Origin: a bacterium
GTDB taxonomy: Bacteria > Zhuqueibacterota > Zhuqueibacteria > Oceanimicrobiales > Oceanimicrobiaceae
Direction: 5' to 3'
Assembly: GCA_046757525.1 (NCBI GenBank)
Contig: JBHHYI010000090.1
Coordinates: forward strand, 1 to 17,485
DNA: 17,485 nt
This document shows, one piece after another, positions 15,839 to 17,485 of this stretch; position 1 is the stretch's first letter; each line of letters opens with the position of its first letter. The translations under genes and the position numbers were made by a program. Below the pieces are notes generated by a model. It was not told the DNA's origin. It did no database searches and saw nothing but the letters and a program-made list of their open reading frames with translations.

Positions 15839-17206
15839 TCACAAGAGATTTTGTGATTTGTAATGATTTAACTTATTGTGCAGCGTTTTTAGGCTGATGC
15901 CCAAGACTTTTGCAGCCCGCGTCTTATTGTTTTGAACGGATTCCAACGTCTTCAGAATGAGTTCCCGCTCCACATTTTCCAAATTGGTGCCTAATGGCAC
16001 TCGAAATTCGTTATTTGCTCCATTAACTTCAAATATCCTTTTCGGCAAATCTCGCAATTGAATGGTATCGCCTGAACACAGCACCACCGCCCGTTCAATG
16101 GTGTTCCGCAATTCCCTGACATTGCCAGGCCAATGGTATCTGTTGAGCACCTCCATAGCTTGCGGAGAAATGGAGCTCACATTGTGGTGGTTTCTTTCGC
16201 TAAACATTCTCAGAAATTCTTTAGTCAATAAAGGCAAATCCCCGGTTCTTTCTTTTAATGGCGGCAACTCAATTTCGACCACGCACAACCGGTAGTATAA
16301 ATCCTCCCGCAGCACCTTATCCTCGATGGCCTGTTCCAGTTTTTTGTTTGTCGCGGCTAAAACCCGCACATCCACATGAATTTCTTTTTTTCCGCCCAAT
16401 CGCCTGAATTGTCTTTCCTCTAACGCTCTTAGTATTTTAGCCTGAGTTTCCAGCGGCATCTCGCCAATTTCATCCAAGAATAGGGTGCCGCCATCGGCCA
16501 GCTCAAAACAGCCGGCCTTTTCCTTGAGTGCCCCAGTAAAGGCCCCCTCTTCATGGCCAAACAACTCGTTCTCTAAAATCTCCTTGGGGAACGCCGAGCA
16601 GTTCACCGGCACGAAAGGCCCATTGCACCTGCTGCTCTTCTTGTGAATAGCCCGGGCCACCAATTCTTTGCCAGTGCCACTTTCACCGGTAATCACCACG
16701 TTAACCATGCTGTCGGCAACCGCATCGATCATCTTGTAGACTTCTTTCATTTGGGAACTTTGTCCGATGATGTTTTCATACCGGGTGAGATTGCGAAGTT
16801 CTTCTTGCAGGCGCCGATGTGACAACACCAAGGATTGGTGCTCTAAGGCTTTGATGATCACCGCCTTCAGCCTGTTGGGTTCAACCGGTTTGGTTAAGTA
16901 ATCGTAAGCACCTTTTTTGATCGCCTCCACAGCCGTGGAAATGGTGCCTTTACCCGTGATGATCACGGTCTCAGTGAGTATTTCCCGTTGCCTCAACCGG
17001 CTCATCAATTGAATGCCATTTATGTCCGGCAGAGTCAGGTCTACCAAAAGCAAACCGATTTGATGGCTGGTTAGAATTTGAAATGCTTCGGAACCGTTAA
17101 ACGCTGTTAAAGCTTTGAAACCGTCTTCCTCCAACATAGCCTTTAATCCATAAACAATAGATTCTTCATCATCGGCTATGAGTATTGTATTGCCCCGGTT
17201 AGTCAT
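15839..17206 (-). CDS. Sigma54-dependent response regulator, NtrC/AtoC/ZraR family (REC-AAA+-HTH)
   Basis: REC domain (IADDE, LLVDLTLPD, YDYLTKP), Walker A GESGTGKE, ELFGHEEGAFTGA, Walker B LFLDEIGE, LREDLYYRL, WPGNVREL and Fis-type HTH NNKTRAAKVLGISLKTLHNKL. Confidence 0.96.
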   Translation of the reverse strand: MTNRGNTILIADDEESIVYGLKAMLEEDGFKALTAFNGSEAFQILTSHQIGLLLVDLTLPDINGIQLMSRLRQREILTETVIITGKGTISTAVEAIKKGAYDYLTKPVEPNRLKAVIIKALEHQSLVLSHRRLQEELRNLTRYENIIGQSSQMKEVYKMIDAVADSMVNVVITGESGTGKELVARAIHKKSSRCNGPFVPVNCSAFPKEILENELFGHEEGAFTGALKEKAGCFELADGGTLFLDEIGEMPLETQAKILRALEERQFRRLGGKKEIHVDVRVLAATNKKLEQAIEDKVLREDLYYRLCVVEIELPPLKERTGDLPLLTKEFLRMFSERNHHNVSSISPQAMEVLNRYHWPGNVRELRNTIERAVVLCSGDTIQLRDLPKRIFEVNGANNEFRVPLGTNLENVERELILKTLESVQNNKTRAAKVLGISLKTLHNKLNHYKSQNLL

Positions 17207-17260
17207 TGATTTCAGTTGTCAGCAGGTGAAAGTCTAAAGTCGCATTTAAGTACATAAATT

Positions 17261-17277
17261 AGCTAATATTATGCCAA
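17261..17277 (-). promoter_or_regulatory. Putative sigma54 promoter for the regulator gene
   Basis: Minus strand TTGGCATAATATTAGCT has GG-N10-GC spacing, lies 54 nt upstream of the ATG, and shares its first 10 nt with the promoter at 15644-15660. Confidence 0.65.
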
Positions 17278-17485
17278 CTAAGTTTTTGGCCGCATGCTTG
17301 TGGCACACTTCTGACCACAAAAAAACGAGCCAATATTTTTAATTGGTTAGAGCCAACGATTTATTGGGAAAGGGTGCACGACTTCCACCTGGAACGTTTT
17401 TATTGTATCGTATTGAAACAGGTGTTTCCAATCGTGCAGATTTTACATAGCAGAACTGCATGTGTCGCCCTGCCACCTAATAGCT

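Noticed and set aside
17301..17316. Plus-strand sigma54 promoter starting TGGCAC
   Set aside because: TGGCACACTTCTGAC has AC, not GC, at the -12 position.

Overview
Bacterial chromosomal window in which every credible gene lies on the minus strand. In transcription order (right to left): an NtrC-type sigma54 response regulator; a DUF2914-type protein and an exported beta-propeller-like protein behind a near-consensus sigma54 promoter; cysQ; a four-gene SGNH hydrolase / SxtJ-like / O-carbamoyltransferase / SxtK-like cassette, whose 59-aa last gene is missing from the ORF track; a roughly 900-bp intergenic stretch holding an IS4-family (IS231/IS186-type) MITE and a family of palindromes with variable inserts; a membrane-anchored patatin; a REP-associated HUH tyrosine transposase (RAYT) bracketed by inverted REP-like doublet hairpins, next to a decayed copy of its 3' end; and a 1823-aa thioester alpha-2-macroglobulin followed by an ORF that runs off the window. 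Product calls rest on motif recognition by eye. No database searches were run.
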